From the NCBI GenBank assembly GCA_963845145.1, contig CAWJQU010000008.1:538457-602456 (forward strand): a DNA stretch of 64,000 bases. The letters are read 5' to 3'. Both the position numbers and the translations under genes were made by a program. Shown here in pieces: positions 26,832 through 37,113 of this stretch; position 1 is the stretch's first letter; the number at the start of each line of letters is the position of its first letter. The notes under the pieces were generated by a model, which was not told the origin of the DNA, ran no database searches, and worked only from the letters and a program-made list of their open reading frames with translations. The DNA is from an uncultured delta proteobacterium (GTDB lineage Bacteria; Desulfobacterota; Desulfobacteria; Desulfobacterales; QNYZ01).

Positions 26832-28127
26832 ATGAAAGCGATAAAATCTTTATTATTAGCACTTTATTTATTAACCTTTTATGCGCCCTTTGCTCTGGGT
26901 GGATGCATAAAGGGGGACTGCACTAATGGTCAGGGGGCGTATACCTACTCTGATGGTTCCGTATATGACGGACAATGGAAGAGTAATAAAAGGAGTGGCC
27001 ATGGCACCCTGACACGGCCCAAGGGTTCCAGATATGTAGGCCACTGGGATAATGATACGTTTGATGGCCAAGGAACTTATACCTATCCCGATGGCTCAAA
27101 ATATGTCGGCCAATGGAAAAATAATAAGAGAAACGGAGAAGGACGTTATACATCTTCCAGTGGGTCTAAATATGAAGGTCAATGGAACGACGGCAGGTTG
27201 ATTGGGGAAGGGATCTTGATAACTTCCGACGGAAATAAATTTGTAGGACAATTCGATAAAAATGGTAAACTTGTTGGAAAATATTTGCCACTTGCCAAAA
27301 AGAAACTTTCAGGGGCGTCAACAGGTGTGGATCTTGATAAGGAAAAAAACGAGACAGAGATTAGTTCAAAGTTCGAGGAAAAGGTAAAAAAGCCAAGACT
27401 GTTTTCAAATAAAAAAACCTTGACAGGCCCCAATGGCATAAACTTCATTTACATCTCACCGGGATCATTCATGATGGGGAGTCCTGTAGATGAAAGTGGT
27501 CGCTACGAAAATGAAACCCAACATCAGGTGACATTAACCCACGGATTCTATCTGCAGACTACCGAAGTAACGCAGGGACAATGGGCGGCTGTGATGAAGG
27601 GTAACCCTTCTTTTTTCAGTAGTTGCGGAGATGAATGTCCTGTTGAGCAAGTATCATGGGATGATGTTGAGCAGTTCATCCGTAAGCTGAACCAGTTGGA
27701 CGGAGCAAAATATAGGCTCCCAACCGAGGCCGAATGGGAGTACGCTTGCCGGGCGGGAAATACTGAAGCTTTTGCCAATGGCGGTATTACCGATCTTGAA
27801 TGTAACCGCGATAGTAACCTGGATACGGTTGCTTGGTTTTGTGGTAACTCAGATAAAACGACTCACGCGGTTGCCCAAAAAAAACCGAATGCTTTGGGCC
27901 TGTATGATATGCATGGTAATGTCTCGGAATTATGTCAGGATTGGTACGGGGACTACCCTTCCAGTCAAACAAAAGATCCTCATGGACCCGCTTCGGGGAT
28001 TGACCGAGTAGTCCGGGGTGGAGGATGGGATGCCCAGGCCCGACATTGCCGTTCAGCCTGTCGCGGTGCTCTCTCTCCGGGGGAACACAGCTACGGTGTC
28101 GGTTTTCGCCTTGTCAGGACACCTTAG
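26832..28127 (+). CDS. Secreted MORN-repeat + FGE-sulfatase (SUMF1) domain protein
   Basis: Signal peptide, YxGQW MORN repeats, FMMGS, RLPTEAEWEYACRAG, GLYDMHGNV, RGGGW, GFRLV. Confidence 0.9.
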   Translation: MKAIKSLLLALYLLTFYAPFALGGCIKGDCTNGQGAYTYSDGSVYDGQWKSNKRSGHGTLTRPKGSRYVGHWDNDTFDGQGTYTYPDGSKYVGQWKNNKRNGEGRYTSSSGSKYEGQWNDGRLIGEGILITSDGNKFVGQFDKNGKLVGKYLPLAKKKLSGASTGVDLDKEKNETEISSKFEEKVKKPRLFSNKKTLTGPNGINFIYISPGSFMMGSPVDESGRYENETQHQVTLTHGFYLQTTEVTQGQWAAVMKGNPSFFSSCGDECPVEQVSWDDVEQFIRKLNQLDGAKYRLPTEAEWEYACRAGNTEAFANGGITDLECNRDSNLDTVAWFCGNSDKTTHAVAQKKPNALGLYDMHGNVSELCQDWYGDYPSSQTKDPHGPASGIDRVVRGGGWDAQARHCRSACRGALSPGEHSYGVGFRLVRTP

Positions 28128-28170
28128 CCTGAACTGAGCGGTTTTTGGCTTGCTCCATATCCCTCGTGTG

Positions 28171-29709
28171 CTAAACTTCTAAGTCATCAGATCTCCGAAA
28201 AACAGTTTTATCCACATCACTTTTAGCGGATTCTATCCCAGGTAGAATAAACTCAAAATCATAAACGTCAAAGGATATTGTGTCACCGTGGTTGAGCCGC
28301 ATTTCATTTACAATTTTCTGACCGTTTAGAAAAGTACTATTTGCGCTGTCTTGGTCAATAATCCAGTAAACATAATCCCTATATTCAATGATAGCGTGTT
28401 GGCGGCTGATGGTATCTTGATTGATAACAATTTGGTTGATTTTTTCTTTCCGACCGATTTTCGTTTTTTTTTCTTTTATTTTATAGGTGTCCTCTCCGGT
28501 GACCTCACTTACATCTCTCAGCAATGCTTCGGGCATGAATTCAGCGGATACTCCTTTTGGTCGCTCCGATACTGGTGGTGGTGGCGGGCGCTGCGGTCTT
28601 GGTGCAAGGGCGCTTACTTTCCGCCGTCGGGACCGAGACAGGATAACTATAGTTGATATAAGAAAAATCACGGCGATCAGTATGATAATCGGCAAGGGCA
28701 AGGGTAGTTTTCTCGACTTAGGCGTAGCGGGAGCCGGTCTGAGATCGCCTGGTTTCTTCATCACATGCTTAATCGGAGGAGTGGCCGGTTCCGGTTTCTC
28801 CGTCACATCTTTAACAGGATCGGGGGTGGGCTCTGGTTTTTCTGTCACATAAATAGGTGATTGCTCAATTTCAGATTGGGGGGGCGCTTGCACCGAATGT
28901 TCAGGCTCCTTGAGCTCAATGTGAGGTTTTTCCCTTGAACCCTCAAACTTTGAAGACTCAGACTCTTGAGGTATTATAGGAGACGCTTTTGGCGATATTT
29001 GGCTCAGCTGGGCCAATTCAGGTTCCTTACCTATGATGTGCTGGTAAACCTGTGAAAAGACTTTGGGGATCTCTTCAGATGTCAGTGCGTCAAAGTATTC
29101 ACCATTGGTTTTCTGAACCAAGGACTGAATGAGTTCAAAGTCGGCTAAATTGGTAAAAGCGATACCGAATATTTTAATTCCACTTTTAGCGACACCTTCA
29201 GACATTTTTTTCTGCATCCATCGGGTTTTTTCTATGTCGCGGCTTTTTTTCCCTGTATCGACAACCCCGTCGGTAATGAATACGATCGATTTTTGGGATT
29301 TATCCTGTCCGTTGGTTTTTAATTCGATAATGGCCTGTTTCATGGCATCGGGAATATTAGTGAGTATCCCCTTATAATCTATATTATCAAAACTCGCTAA
29401 AATGGCTTCCTTATTGGCTTCAGATGCGATTGTTAAGGGAATGGCGAGATTAACACGATGATCAAAGATCAGGACTGCAACCTGTGTGTCATCAGACAAT
29501 TTTTTAACAAACTCGGTAACCGCAGTTTTCGTCAAAAAATGGGGGTCTCCTTTTTTCATGCTTCCTGAGTTGTCAATCATAAAGACAATATCGTTCGAAA
29601 TGGTCGAAGCAAAACAGAGGCCACAGTACAAAAGCATGAAAATAATGGTAGCCATCGGTAAAAATCTATCTATTTTCATAGCATCAATCCTAATATACTC
29701 CGCAAACAC
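28171..29709 (-). CDS. vWA - Pro-rich linker - TM - cytoplasmic FHA protein
   Basis: MIDAS DNSGSM and ITDG; TM helix; FHA IGR...SRQHA...SANSTFLNG. Confidence 0.88.
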   Translation of the reverse strand: MFAEYIRIDAMKIDRFLPMATIIFMLLYCGLCFASTISNDIVFMIDNSGSMKKGDPHFLTKTAVTEFVKKLSDDTQVAVLIFDHRVNLAIPLTIASEANKEAILASFDNIDYKGILTNIPDAMKQAIIELKTNGQDKSQKSIVFITDGVVDTGKKSRDIEKTRWMQKKMSEGVAKSGIKIFGIAFTNLADFELIQSLVQKTNGEYFDALTSEEIPKVFSQVYQHIIGKEPELAQLSQISPKASPIIPQESESSKFEGSREKPHIELKEPEHSVQAPPQSEIEQSPIYVTEKPEPTPDPVKDVTEKPEPATPPIKHVMKKPGDLRPAPATPKSRKLPLPLPIIILIAVIFLISTIVILSRSRRRKVSALAPRPQRPPPPPVSERPKGVSAEFMPEALLRDVSEVTGEDTYKIKEKKTKIGRKEKINQIVINQDTISRQHAIIEYRDYVYWIIDQDSANSTFLNGQKIVNEMRLNHGDTISFDVYDFEFILPGIESAKSDVDKTVFRRSDDLEV

Positions 29710-29768
29710 GTTTGTCCCCTGAAAACCAGTTCTCCCATGATCGTTCCTTAACGTCAGTCATAGATTTT

Positions 29769-30941
29769 TTAAATTACTGTAGAGACAATCGAGTCAATTT
29801 TGTTATCAATAATATGAACGTTTTTTTCATTGAAACTCAAATATACAGTGCTACCGATCTCAAGGCCCAAATCCATAAATCTTTTTCTCATTGTCAAGTT
29901 AACGATTAAAAAATCATCATTTATTCTTATATTGGACTGATACATAAGCCCTCTGTCAAATATTTTTGACACTTTCCCTTTAAATACATTTCTTTTTAGG
30001 TCCTGAGGGCAAGTACGGTGTAAAAGAGTACTTTCCGGTCTCACACAAAATGTCACTTTTTCACTTTTAACATCACGTTCGCAATGAAAGAAACCCCTAT
30101 CATCACTCTCCGTAACAGATATTTTATCAACCGTATCTAAATAATTACAAAATATCTGTTCTCCAGCGTACCTCATTGTTAAAACCTGACCATCATCGTT
30201 TTCTACCGATGCATCGCGATATATATTTTCAGTGCAGACAAATCTGGCAACAAATGTGGAAGTAGGACTTCTGAATACTTCATCGGGTGTACCGATCATT
30301 TTTATTCTACCGTCTTCCAATATACAGATTCGGTCGGCAAGTGTAATCGCCTCCTCTTGGTTGTGGGTCACGTGAACCGTTGTTTGCTTTAATTGGTTGT
30401 GAAGTTCACGTGCTTCTAAAGTCAGTCTTTCCTGTAGGTTCCGATCAAGGGCAGCGTAAGGTTCATCCATAATTAAAATTTTGGGGCCCATTACCATTGC
30501 CCTGGCCAAAGCGACTCTCTGTTTTTCCCCACCACTTAAATCAATGGTCGATCTCTCCAACATATAGGTAATTCCAAGAATATCGGCCATTTTTTCGACT
30601 TTAGCTTTTATATCTGATTTATTTAATTTTTTCAGCTTCAGGCTAAACGCAATATTGTCATAGACATTCATATGGGGGAAAAGCACTTGATCCTGAAAGA
30701 CATAACCAATATCTCGTTGTTCAGGTGGCAGATGGTCTCGACGGGTCCCATTAATCCATATTTCTCCGCTTTTGGGCCGATTGAGCCCAGCAAGAAGTTT
30801 CAGTAATTGGGTTTTCCCGTTGCCGGAAGGCCCTAAAATTACGAAATATTCGCCGTTCTTGATAGTAAAATTGATAGTATGAAGCGAGAATGTTCCAATG
30901 GTGAATTCAATATTTTTAAAGACGACCATATCTTGTTCCAT
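29769..30941 (-). CDS. ABC transporter ATPase, ModC/WtpC-like with TOBE region
   Basis: GPSGNGKT, LSGGEKQR, MDEP, HVTHNQEEA. Confidence 0.9.
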   Translation of the reverse strand: MEQDMVVFKNIEFTIGTFSLHTINFTIKNGEYFVILGPSGNGKTQLLKLLAGLNRPKSGEIWINGTRRDHLPPEQRDIGYVFQDQVLFPHMNVYDNIAFSLKLKKLNKSDIKAKVEKMADILGITYMLERSTIDLSGGEKQRVALARAMVMGPKILIMDEPYAALDRNLQERLTLEARELHNQLKQTTVHVTHNQEEAITLADRICILEDGRIKMIGTPDEVFRSPTSTFVARFVCTENIYRDASVENDDGQVLTMRYAGEQIFCNYLDTVDKISVTESDDRGFFHCERDVKSEKVTFCVRPESTLLHRTCPQDLKRNVFKGKVSKIFDRGLMYQSNIRINDDFLIVNLTMRKRFMDLGLEIGSTVYLSFNEKNVHIIDNKIDSIVSTVI

Positions 30942-30994
30942 TCTTTCGGCACCTTCCTTTCCGATACTAAATTAATTGGCCCACCAAATTTTTA

Positions 30995-31140
30995 TTAGAG
31001 TCCATTTACAAATGACGACTTGCCCCGGATGGCATCCTCGGTTTTTCGAAATCCTCGAGTCAGTAACGCTACACCTGCGGTTGCTACAATCCTTCAGTTT
31101 TGTCTGGAACCTCAATCGCCTATTTAAAGAAGAAAACTAA
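30995..31140. repeat. Degenerate MITE-like intergenic element
   Basis: Core AAATCCTCGA...TACACCTGCGGTT resembles the core of the 35983-36149 element; weak terminal inverted repeats. Confidence 0.4.
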
Positions 31141-31986
31141 TTAATTCACTTTTTCAATTTTTTCAGGATCGAAATAGGCGGCAAAGCCGAATTTTTCAAA
31201 CATGGCTCTGCCCTCTTCGGAACCTACAAATTCAAGATATTTTTTTGTTGCCTCTTTTTGTTTCGAGTATGTCGTCATACCGATCGGCGCGACACTATAT
31301 TTCAGTTTTTTAGGGTCAATTTTAATTATATCAACTTTATCGGCGAAAGCCTTACAGGTCGCCATCCAGTTGATTTCAGCATCCAGATTTTTCATGGCAA
31401 GGGGTAAGACCAGCTTCGAAGCCGATCCACCTGTCAACACCACATTTTTGGTTATGTCTTCATACAGCCCTAAATCTTTAAGCATTTTTTCAGTTAATCT
31501 ACCCACGGCCAGAGCTTCTGCCTCTCCGACGCCAACCTTCAATCCAGGCTTTGCCAGATCTTCTATCTGGTTTATATTGTGTGGGTTTCCCTTTTGGACA
31601 CATATCACCGGGATCATAAATCCTGCGACGGTTACCGATTCTTTATCAATAACGCCTTTTTCAATGGCCAAGTCCATATAGTGCTGAGAGCCCGGCACCA
31701 TCGCATCCCCGGTTCTTGTCAACTGCATATTGGTAAGAACCATCGCCGAACAAAGATATGAATAATCCACCTTGATACCTGTTTTCGCGGTAAATTTTTC
31801 GGCAATGGGGTCTAAAGCAGGTTTTAACCCAGCACCGGCTCCCACCATAATGCTCTTTGCCTCTTCCTGCACCGCTGCTTGCTCTGTTTCTTTGGAGCAA
31901 CCCATGCTAAAGAGCATAAGGGCAATCATGATGCCAATGGATAGCATTCCCATTTTTCCAACGAACGTGAATTTTGATTTTCTCAT
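31141..31986 (-). CDS. Oxyanion (molybdate/tungstate-type) ABC substrate-binding lipoprotein, ModA-like
   Basis: Lipobox SMGC, GAGAGLK, VQKGNPHNI..EDL, AVGR, FEKFGF. Confidence 0.85.
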   Translation of the reverse strand: MRKSKFTFVGKMGMLSIGIMIALMLFSMGCSKETEQAAVQEEAKSIMVGAGAGLKPALDPIAEKFTAKTGIKVDYSYLCSAMVLTNMQLTRTGDAMVPGSQHYMDLAIEKGVIDKESVTVAGFMIPVICVQKGNPHNINQIEDLAKPGLKVGVGEAEALAVGRLTEKMLKDLGLYEDITKNVVLTGGSASKLVLPLAMKNLDAEINWMATCKAFADKVDIIKIDPKKLKYSVAPIGMTTYSKQKEATKKYLEFVGSEEGRAMFEKFGFAAYFDPEKIEKVN

Positions 31987-32099
31987 TTTTAATTCTCCTT
32001 TTAAAAAATTGCTCTTTTATTTACATGAAATTAGTCGGCATAGATTTAACAGTTTGTACTTCCCCAAAACAGGGCTCTGAATATTTGCTTGACTTTTCT

Positions 32100-32915
32100 T
32101 TATTCTTTTTTAAGTCCTCCGGCCTTCAAGCCAAGTTTCTTAAACATGGATAAATAAATAGCGCTCAAGGCAAGAAAAATGATAGTTAGCGATACGGCCA
32201 TTTCAATGTCTCCTTGTTCAAACTGTAAAAAAATGGCAATGGGCAAAATATCGGTCCGACCTTGCGATGCGCCACAAAGGAGAAGGATGGGCACAAATTC
32301 ACCCACGGCTCTGGTCCAGGTCATTACCGCTCCGCTGATTATTCCTGGCTTTATCAGTGGAAGGGTCACTTTAAAAAACGCCTGCACCTTGTTGCAACCC
32401 AGCGTACGAGCCGCGTCTTCATATCTGGGATCTACCGCATCGTAGGACTCTCTTAAGGCATATAAGGCAAACGAGGCCGAAATGGAAAATTGAGCTAACA
32501 CAATGCCAGGTACCGAAAAAACGAACTTGATGATGTGGTCTTGTATAAAATGTCCGGTTGCTGTGCTAAAAAATATGAGGAGACACATACCGATGATCAG
32601 GGGGGGAAGTGTTATTGGCAGATCGAGAATGACGTCAACGACCGCTTTACCTCGGAAATTGTATCTAGATAAAACATACCCGGCTGGAATTGCCATCAGG
32701 ATGGCTAGCACCGTTGTGAGCAAAGAGGTCCACAAGCTCAATTTTATGGAAAAAAGCGTTGCGGGTGAAATAATACCCTTTAAAATAAGTTTCGGGCTGG
32801 TATAAAACACAACCGACCCTATTAGGACCACGATAAAAAGAACATATATGGATAGAGCCCCCATAGCGATGCCATTGAAAATTCCTTCACCTTTTCCTAA
32901 TTTCGCTTTCGGCAT
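32100..32915 (-). CDS. ABC permease, ModB-like
   Basis: DLPITLPPLIIG, YEDAARTLG (EAA loop), WTRAVGEF. Confidence 0.88.
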   Translation of the reverse strand: MPKAKLGKGEGIFNGIAMGALSIYVLFIVVLIGSVVFYTSPKLILKGIISPATLFSIKLSLWTSLLTTVLAILMAIPAGYVLSRYNFRGKAVVDVILDLPITLPPLIIGMCLLIFFSTATGHFIQDHIIKFVFSVPGIVLAQFSISASFALYALRESYDAVDPRYEDAARTLGCNKVQAFFKVTLPLIKPGIISGAVMTWTRAVGEFVPILLLCGASQGRTDILPIAIFLQFEQGDIEMAVSLTIIFLALSAIYLSMFKKLGLKAGGLKKE

Positions 32916-33009
32916 TTTCTGTTTCCTCCTATAAAGTTCTTTATAAACAAACTCTCTTTAAGACAAATGGCTCAGTATTATTTGGCCATAGTTATATAAA
33001 CTACCGGTT

Positions 33010-33486
33010 TTACTCACGATCTAAAGGTAGGTAGATCTCCTTACCCGTCTCATTCCAGTTTTTTTTACGCAAGATTTTTCCATGATCATATTCCGCTTTG
33101 CAGAACATTTGACCATTTTTATGATATGCGGTTCTTGTACCATGAACTTTGTTGTCGATATAAGTGGCCTCCATGTGCAGATTTCCATTTTCATGCCACA
33201 TTCTAGCCCAACCGTTCACTTTACCCTTTTTATAATCTCTCTCCGATTCTTTTTTTCCATCGGCAAAATACGATATTTCTTTTATCTTAATTTTTTTACC
33301 AAAAAGCTTGCGTTTATATATCCAAACCTCTTTGTCCACGCCATTTTCATATTTAGCCTGAACGATTGTAACCATATCGTTTTTAAAATAGTATATTCCC
33401 GCAAGAACTGCGGCAAACAAGATAATAGCGCCAATAATAACAGAAAATTGAAACCCTTTTTTCTTTTTTTTCGATTCATTCTCCAT
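33010..33486 (-). CDS. Membrane protein with MORN-variant (YwqK-like) repeats
   Basis: TM helix followed by YFADGK, WHENGN, YHKNGQ repeats. Confidence 0.75.
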   Translation of the reverse strand: MENESKKKKKGFQFSVIIGAIILFAAVLAGIYYFKNDMVTIVQAKYENGVDKEVWIYKRKLFGKKIKIKEISYFADGKKESERDYKKGKVNGWARMWHENGNLHMEATYIDNKVHGTRTAYHKNGQMFCKAEYDHGKILRKKNWNETGKEIYLPLDRE

Positions 33487-33540
33487 GATGAAAACCCTAT
33501 TTATTTTATTAATCATTGCGATAAGAAAAATTAACGCCAA

Positions 33541-34338
33541 TCATTTCGTTTCTGAAAGCACCACCGTAATATTATCTTTCCCTCCCGCCGATTTACCCAT
33601 ATCAATAAGTTTATTTGTCTTTTTTGACAAATCAGTCGACAAAGAAAGCACTTCCTGGATCTGTTGGTCGGCAACCATATCGGTCAACCCATCCGAGCAG
33701 AGAAGAAAAACATCACCGGGACAGATACGTCCCTTAATGATGTCGGGAGACAGGTCCTCCGAGACACCAACGGCACGAAGAATAACGTTCCGCATGGAAT
33801 GATTTTTCGATTCAGCCGAAGTGATCATTCCCTTATCGATTTGATCCTGAACAATCGAATGATCTTTTGTTAATTGCTCCAGCTTTTGATTTCTAAAACG
33901 GTAAGCTCGGCTGTCCCCAACATGACCAATCACAAATTCTTCATCGGAATATCCGAGTATCTCAGCAGTGCAACCCATCCCTTTGTATCCGGGATTCTCA
34001 TTGGCATGATTAAATATGCGTTCATTCGCGACTCGAAAAACGTTTTGTATTGTTTCAATGATTTTTAGGGTTGAATGTCCGACAGCTTCAGAATAAATTT
34101 CCATCGAAGTTTCAGCAAAGATATGACTGGCCAACTCTCCAGCAGCCTCACCACCCATTCCATCCGCCACCAAACAGAACTTCTTCTCAGGATTGATTAA
34201 AAAGGTGTCCTCATTTTTTAAACGTTTTAAGCCAACGTCCGTCTCACCGAAAAATGTACAATGATGCGTACCAGCATCCTCCTTAAAAAATGATATAACC
34301 CGCAAGAGATGATATTTTAATAACCCGCTAAAATCCAA
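33541..34338 (-). CDS. PP2C-type Ser/Thr phosphatase
   Basis: RLKNED, VADGMGG, GMGCT, HVGDSRAY, LCSDGL, GGKDNITV. Confidence 0.93.
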   Translation of the reverse strand: MDFSGLLKYHLLRVISFFKEDAGTHHCTFFGETDVGLKRLKNEDTFLINPEKKFCLVADGMGGEAAGELASHIFAETSMEIYSEAVGHSTLKIIETIQNVFRVANERIFNHANENPGYKGMGCTAEILGYSDEEFVIGHVGDSRAYRFRNQKLEQLTKDHSIVQDQIDKGMITSAESKNHSMRNVILRAVGVSEDLSPDIIKGRICPGDVFLLCSDGLTDMVADQQIQEVLSLSTDLSKKTNKLIDMGKSAGGKDNITVVLSETK

Positions 34339-34412
34339 AAACTTTTTCCTTTTACCATCCGCAAAATCAAAATTGACCGATCAACTAGTTATAACGCAAT
34401 TGACAGGGTAAC

Positions 34413-35936
34413 TTATTGACAATACGTGTTCATAAATTCTAATAAATTGGTTGAATCGAAAGTGATTTTCGATCTCTTTTTAAAATCTAACAACTCGTGG
34501 AATATTTCCTGAGCAGATTGATATCTGACCGCTCTATCCTTTTCCAGGCATTTCATGACAATACGATTAAGCTCCCTAGGAATATCAGGCCGAATCGTTT
34601 TGAGTGGCGTAATCGTCTCATAGGGGATAGACATCGCGGCGTCGATATCATTTTTAAATTCAAATAATTGGCGTCCGGTCAGGACCTCATAGAAGACAAC
34701 ACCAAAAGCATAGATATCCGTTCGACTATCGACCTTTTGTCCCAAAGCCTGTTCCGGTGACATATACTGTTGTTTTCCCTTAACCTGCCCGGTTCGGGTA
34801 AAACTTGGCTCGGATTTGGCTTTGGCTAGGCCAAAATCAGCAATCTTAACCTCCCCCTCAAAGGACACCATGACATTTTGGGGACTGATATCACGGTGGA
34901 CAATATCCAGTGGCGTCCCTGATTTATCATCTTTCTTTGAATGGGCGTATTGTAATCCCGTAATGATTTTTAATGCTAAAAAAACCGAAAGATCAATGGA
35001 AAGTCCTGCTTTAATTCGACTCATAATCTCAGATAGATTAAAGCCATCGACATATTCCAAGACAATAAAATAAGCGTCTTCAAATTGACCATAATCCGTT
35101 ATCTGGACAATATTGGGGTGTCGTAAATAAGCGGCTATCCTCGCTTCACGGATAAACATACTAATAAATTCCTGATCTTGAGCCAGGTGAGATAGGATTT
35201 TCTTTAAGGCAACCGTTCTTCGAAACCCATCCTTACTCGTATGTTCGGCCCTATAAAGCTCGGCCATGCCCCCTTGGCCTATCTTATCGACTAATACATA
35301 AGGGCCGACTCGGGTCATATCCTGCTGTGTTTTCTGAGTTTGTGATTTCCTTGTTCTTAAAACATAATTCGCTATCCATATTGATAAGATCCAGGCCAAA
35401 GTAGTCGAAGCCAGAATGAATAAAAAAGTAGCTTTATTTTTTACCAAAGTGCCGTATAGGCCAGAGGTAGATAGTGATAGCAATACCCTGCCGATATCAA
35501 TATCAGAATAATTCACATTTGCGGCGAAACGAACGATTCTATTATCGTTTGTCAGTGTCAAGGCATCGATAACCACCTCGTTGGTAATACCCACATTTTT
35601 TTTATTTTTTATTTTTATACGGTCCTGTTGTTTGATTTTAATATTTGACCAAATAATAGTATTTTCTTCAGAGTCTAAGATCTCTATTGAATAAATATCT
35701 TCGATTTCTTGGAAATTTTGTATCGTCTTGTTTAGAGAAGGTAGGTCATTTTTAAGAAGTGACGGGCCTATTTTCGAGGCGAGATTTTGTGCTATAATTA
35801 TACCCCTTTTATATAGATCATTTAATAACCGGGTTTTTGAGTGGTAGAAAAAACGATAAGCGCCAATGTTTAGTATCAACCATGCAACAATACTAATAAC
35901 AACTAATTTTTTATTACTATTAAAAAATTCAACCAT
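34413..35936 (-). CDS. Hanks-type Ser/Thr kinase with N-terminal TM-periplasmic-TM input region
   Basis: IGQGGMA, VALKK, HRDISPQN, DFGLAK, YMSPEQ; two hydrophobic helices flank ~130 aa before the kinase. Confidence 0.92.
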   Translation of the reverse strand: MVEFFNSNKKLVVISIVAWLILNIGAYRFFYHSKTRLLNDLYKRGIIIAQNLASKIGPSLLKNDLPSLNKTIQNFQEIEDIYSIEILDSEENTIIWSNIKIKQQDRIKIKNKKNVGITNEVVIDALTLTNDNRIVRFAANVNYSDIDIGRVLLSLSTSGLYGTLVKNKATFLFILASTTLAWILSIWIANYVLRTRKSQTQKTQQDMTRVGPYVLVDKIGQGGMAELYRAEHTSKDGFRRTVALKKILSHLAQDQEFISMFIREARIAAYLRHPNIVQITDYGQFEDAYFIVLEYVDGFNLSEIMSRIKAGLSIDLSVFLALKIITGLQYAHSKKDDKSGTPLDIVHRDISPQNVMVSFEGEVKIADFGLAKAKSEPSFTRTGQVKGKQQYMSPEQALGQKVDSRTDIYAFGVVFYEVLTGRQLFEFKNDIDAAMSIPYETITPLKTIRPDIPRELNRIVMKCLEKDRAVRYQSAQEIFHELLDFKKRSKITFDSTNLLEFMNTYCQ

Positions 35937-35982
35937 TTTCAAATAAGGTTTTTATAAGTTAGCCTGATTGCTATTTGTAACT

Positions 35983-36149
35983 TAAGCCGAAATTGAGCGA
36001 TTGTTTACTCGCTCTTCACCAATCTATTGGGCGCAAAGGTTTTCAAGAATACTCGACATATCCAATGGGCATGCCTCCGTTTTTTGAAAACCTTATCATC
36101 TCAATATGTTGAGACATAGCTTCGAAAAAAAGTCGCTCAACTTAGGTTA
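35983..36149. repeat. MITE-like element (~167 bp)
   Basis: Imperfect terminal IR (TAAGCCGAAATTGAGCGATT / AGTCGCTCAACTTAGGTTA); internal perfect 11-bp IR AAGGTTTTCAA/TTGAAAACCTT. Confidence 0.6.
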
Positions 36150-37105
36150 AAGCATAGAGCTATTCCATACAGATACTTTATTTTCCCCCGCTTCTTTCGC
36201 GCGATAGAGTGCTTGGTCTGCGAATGCTAATAATTATAGACCTTCCTTTCCATGCTGAGAATAAAGGGCGATACCAATTGATATCATCGGCCTGAGTGGG
36301 ATTTGGTCTTTTTCCATACCGGCATCTTCAATGCCCATTCGAATTTGTTCAGCCAGCCTTTGAGCAACGAGTCGATCATGACCGGGGAAAAAGCGATAAA
36401 TTCATCTCCGTCAAAACGACAAGCATGCCCCGCTGTGCCTATTATCTCGCCCATTATACGGCCGGCCGTTCCGATACAATACGCGCCAAGCGGGTGTCCG
36501 TAAGTATCGTTAATAGGCTTGATACCGTGCATGTACATCATCATCACAGCGAGTTGTTGGCTCTTTCGACGTGTGTTGACTAAAGTATTGTCTAATGCAT
36601 CGTCAAAGTGTCGTTTGGATTCCAGTCCGGTCAGGGGGTCTGTTGACACCAGTTGAATCAGCTCTTTATGAAATCCGACCTCTATCTCATTCGCCAGAAA
36701 AAACCGCACGACCGAATTCCCCAGAGATATGTTTTCACCTTCTTGCAGCGCCCAAGGTGCCTTAACTGGTCGGCCGTTGACTTGCGTTCCATTGGTTGTT
36801 CCCAAATCAATTAATATATATTTCTCGTTGCCCTGCGGAACAACCTGTACGTGCTTTCTCGACACAAGCAAGTCATTAAATGATAAGTCACAACCTTGAT
36901 CTTGACCGATTATTACTGGTCCATTCACGACCAAATGTTTCCCCAAGTCACCCCTTCGTCCCCGAATTGCGGTAAGGAAAGCCTTGCGAATATGCTCCCG
37001 GACTCCTCCATCCGTAACCACGCTTAACTCGATCGTACGTGTGGAGTTATATGCGGGTTTATGATTAACCATATTAAATGCTAACGCGCTTTGTATGGTT
37101 TCCAC
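36147..37105 (-). pseudogene. FHA-GGDEF diguanylate cyclase, degenerate
   Basis: FHA (SRKH, TTNGTQVNG); DPLTGL; RFDGDEF; frameshift near 36385 and an in-frame TAA before ADQALYRAK. Confidence 0.8.
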
Positions 37106-37113
37106 AAGCTGGT

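Noticed and set aside
27980..28127. FGE/C-type-lectin C-terminus as a diversity-generating retroelement target
   Set aside because: No template repeat, reverse transcriptase or avd gene seen in the window; a remote target cannot be excluded.
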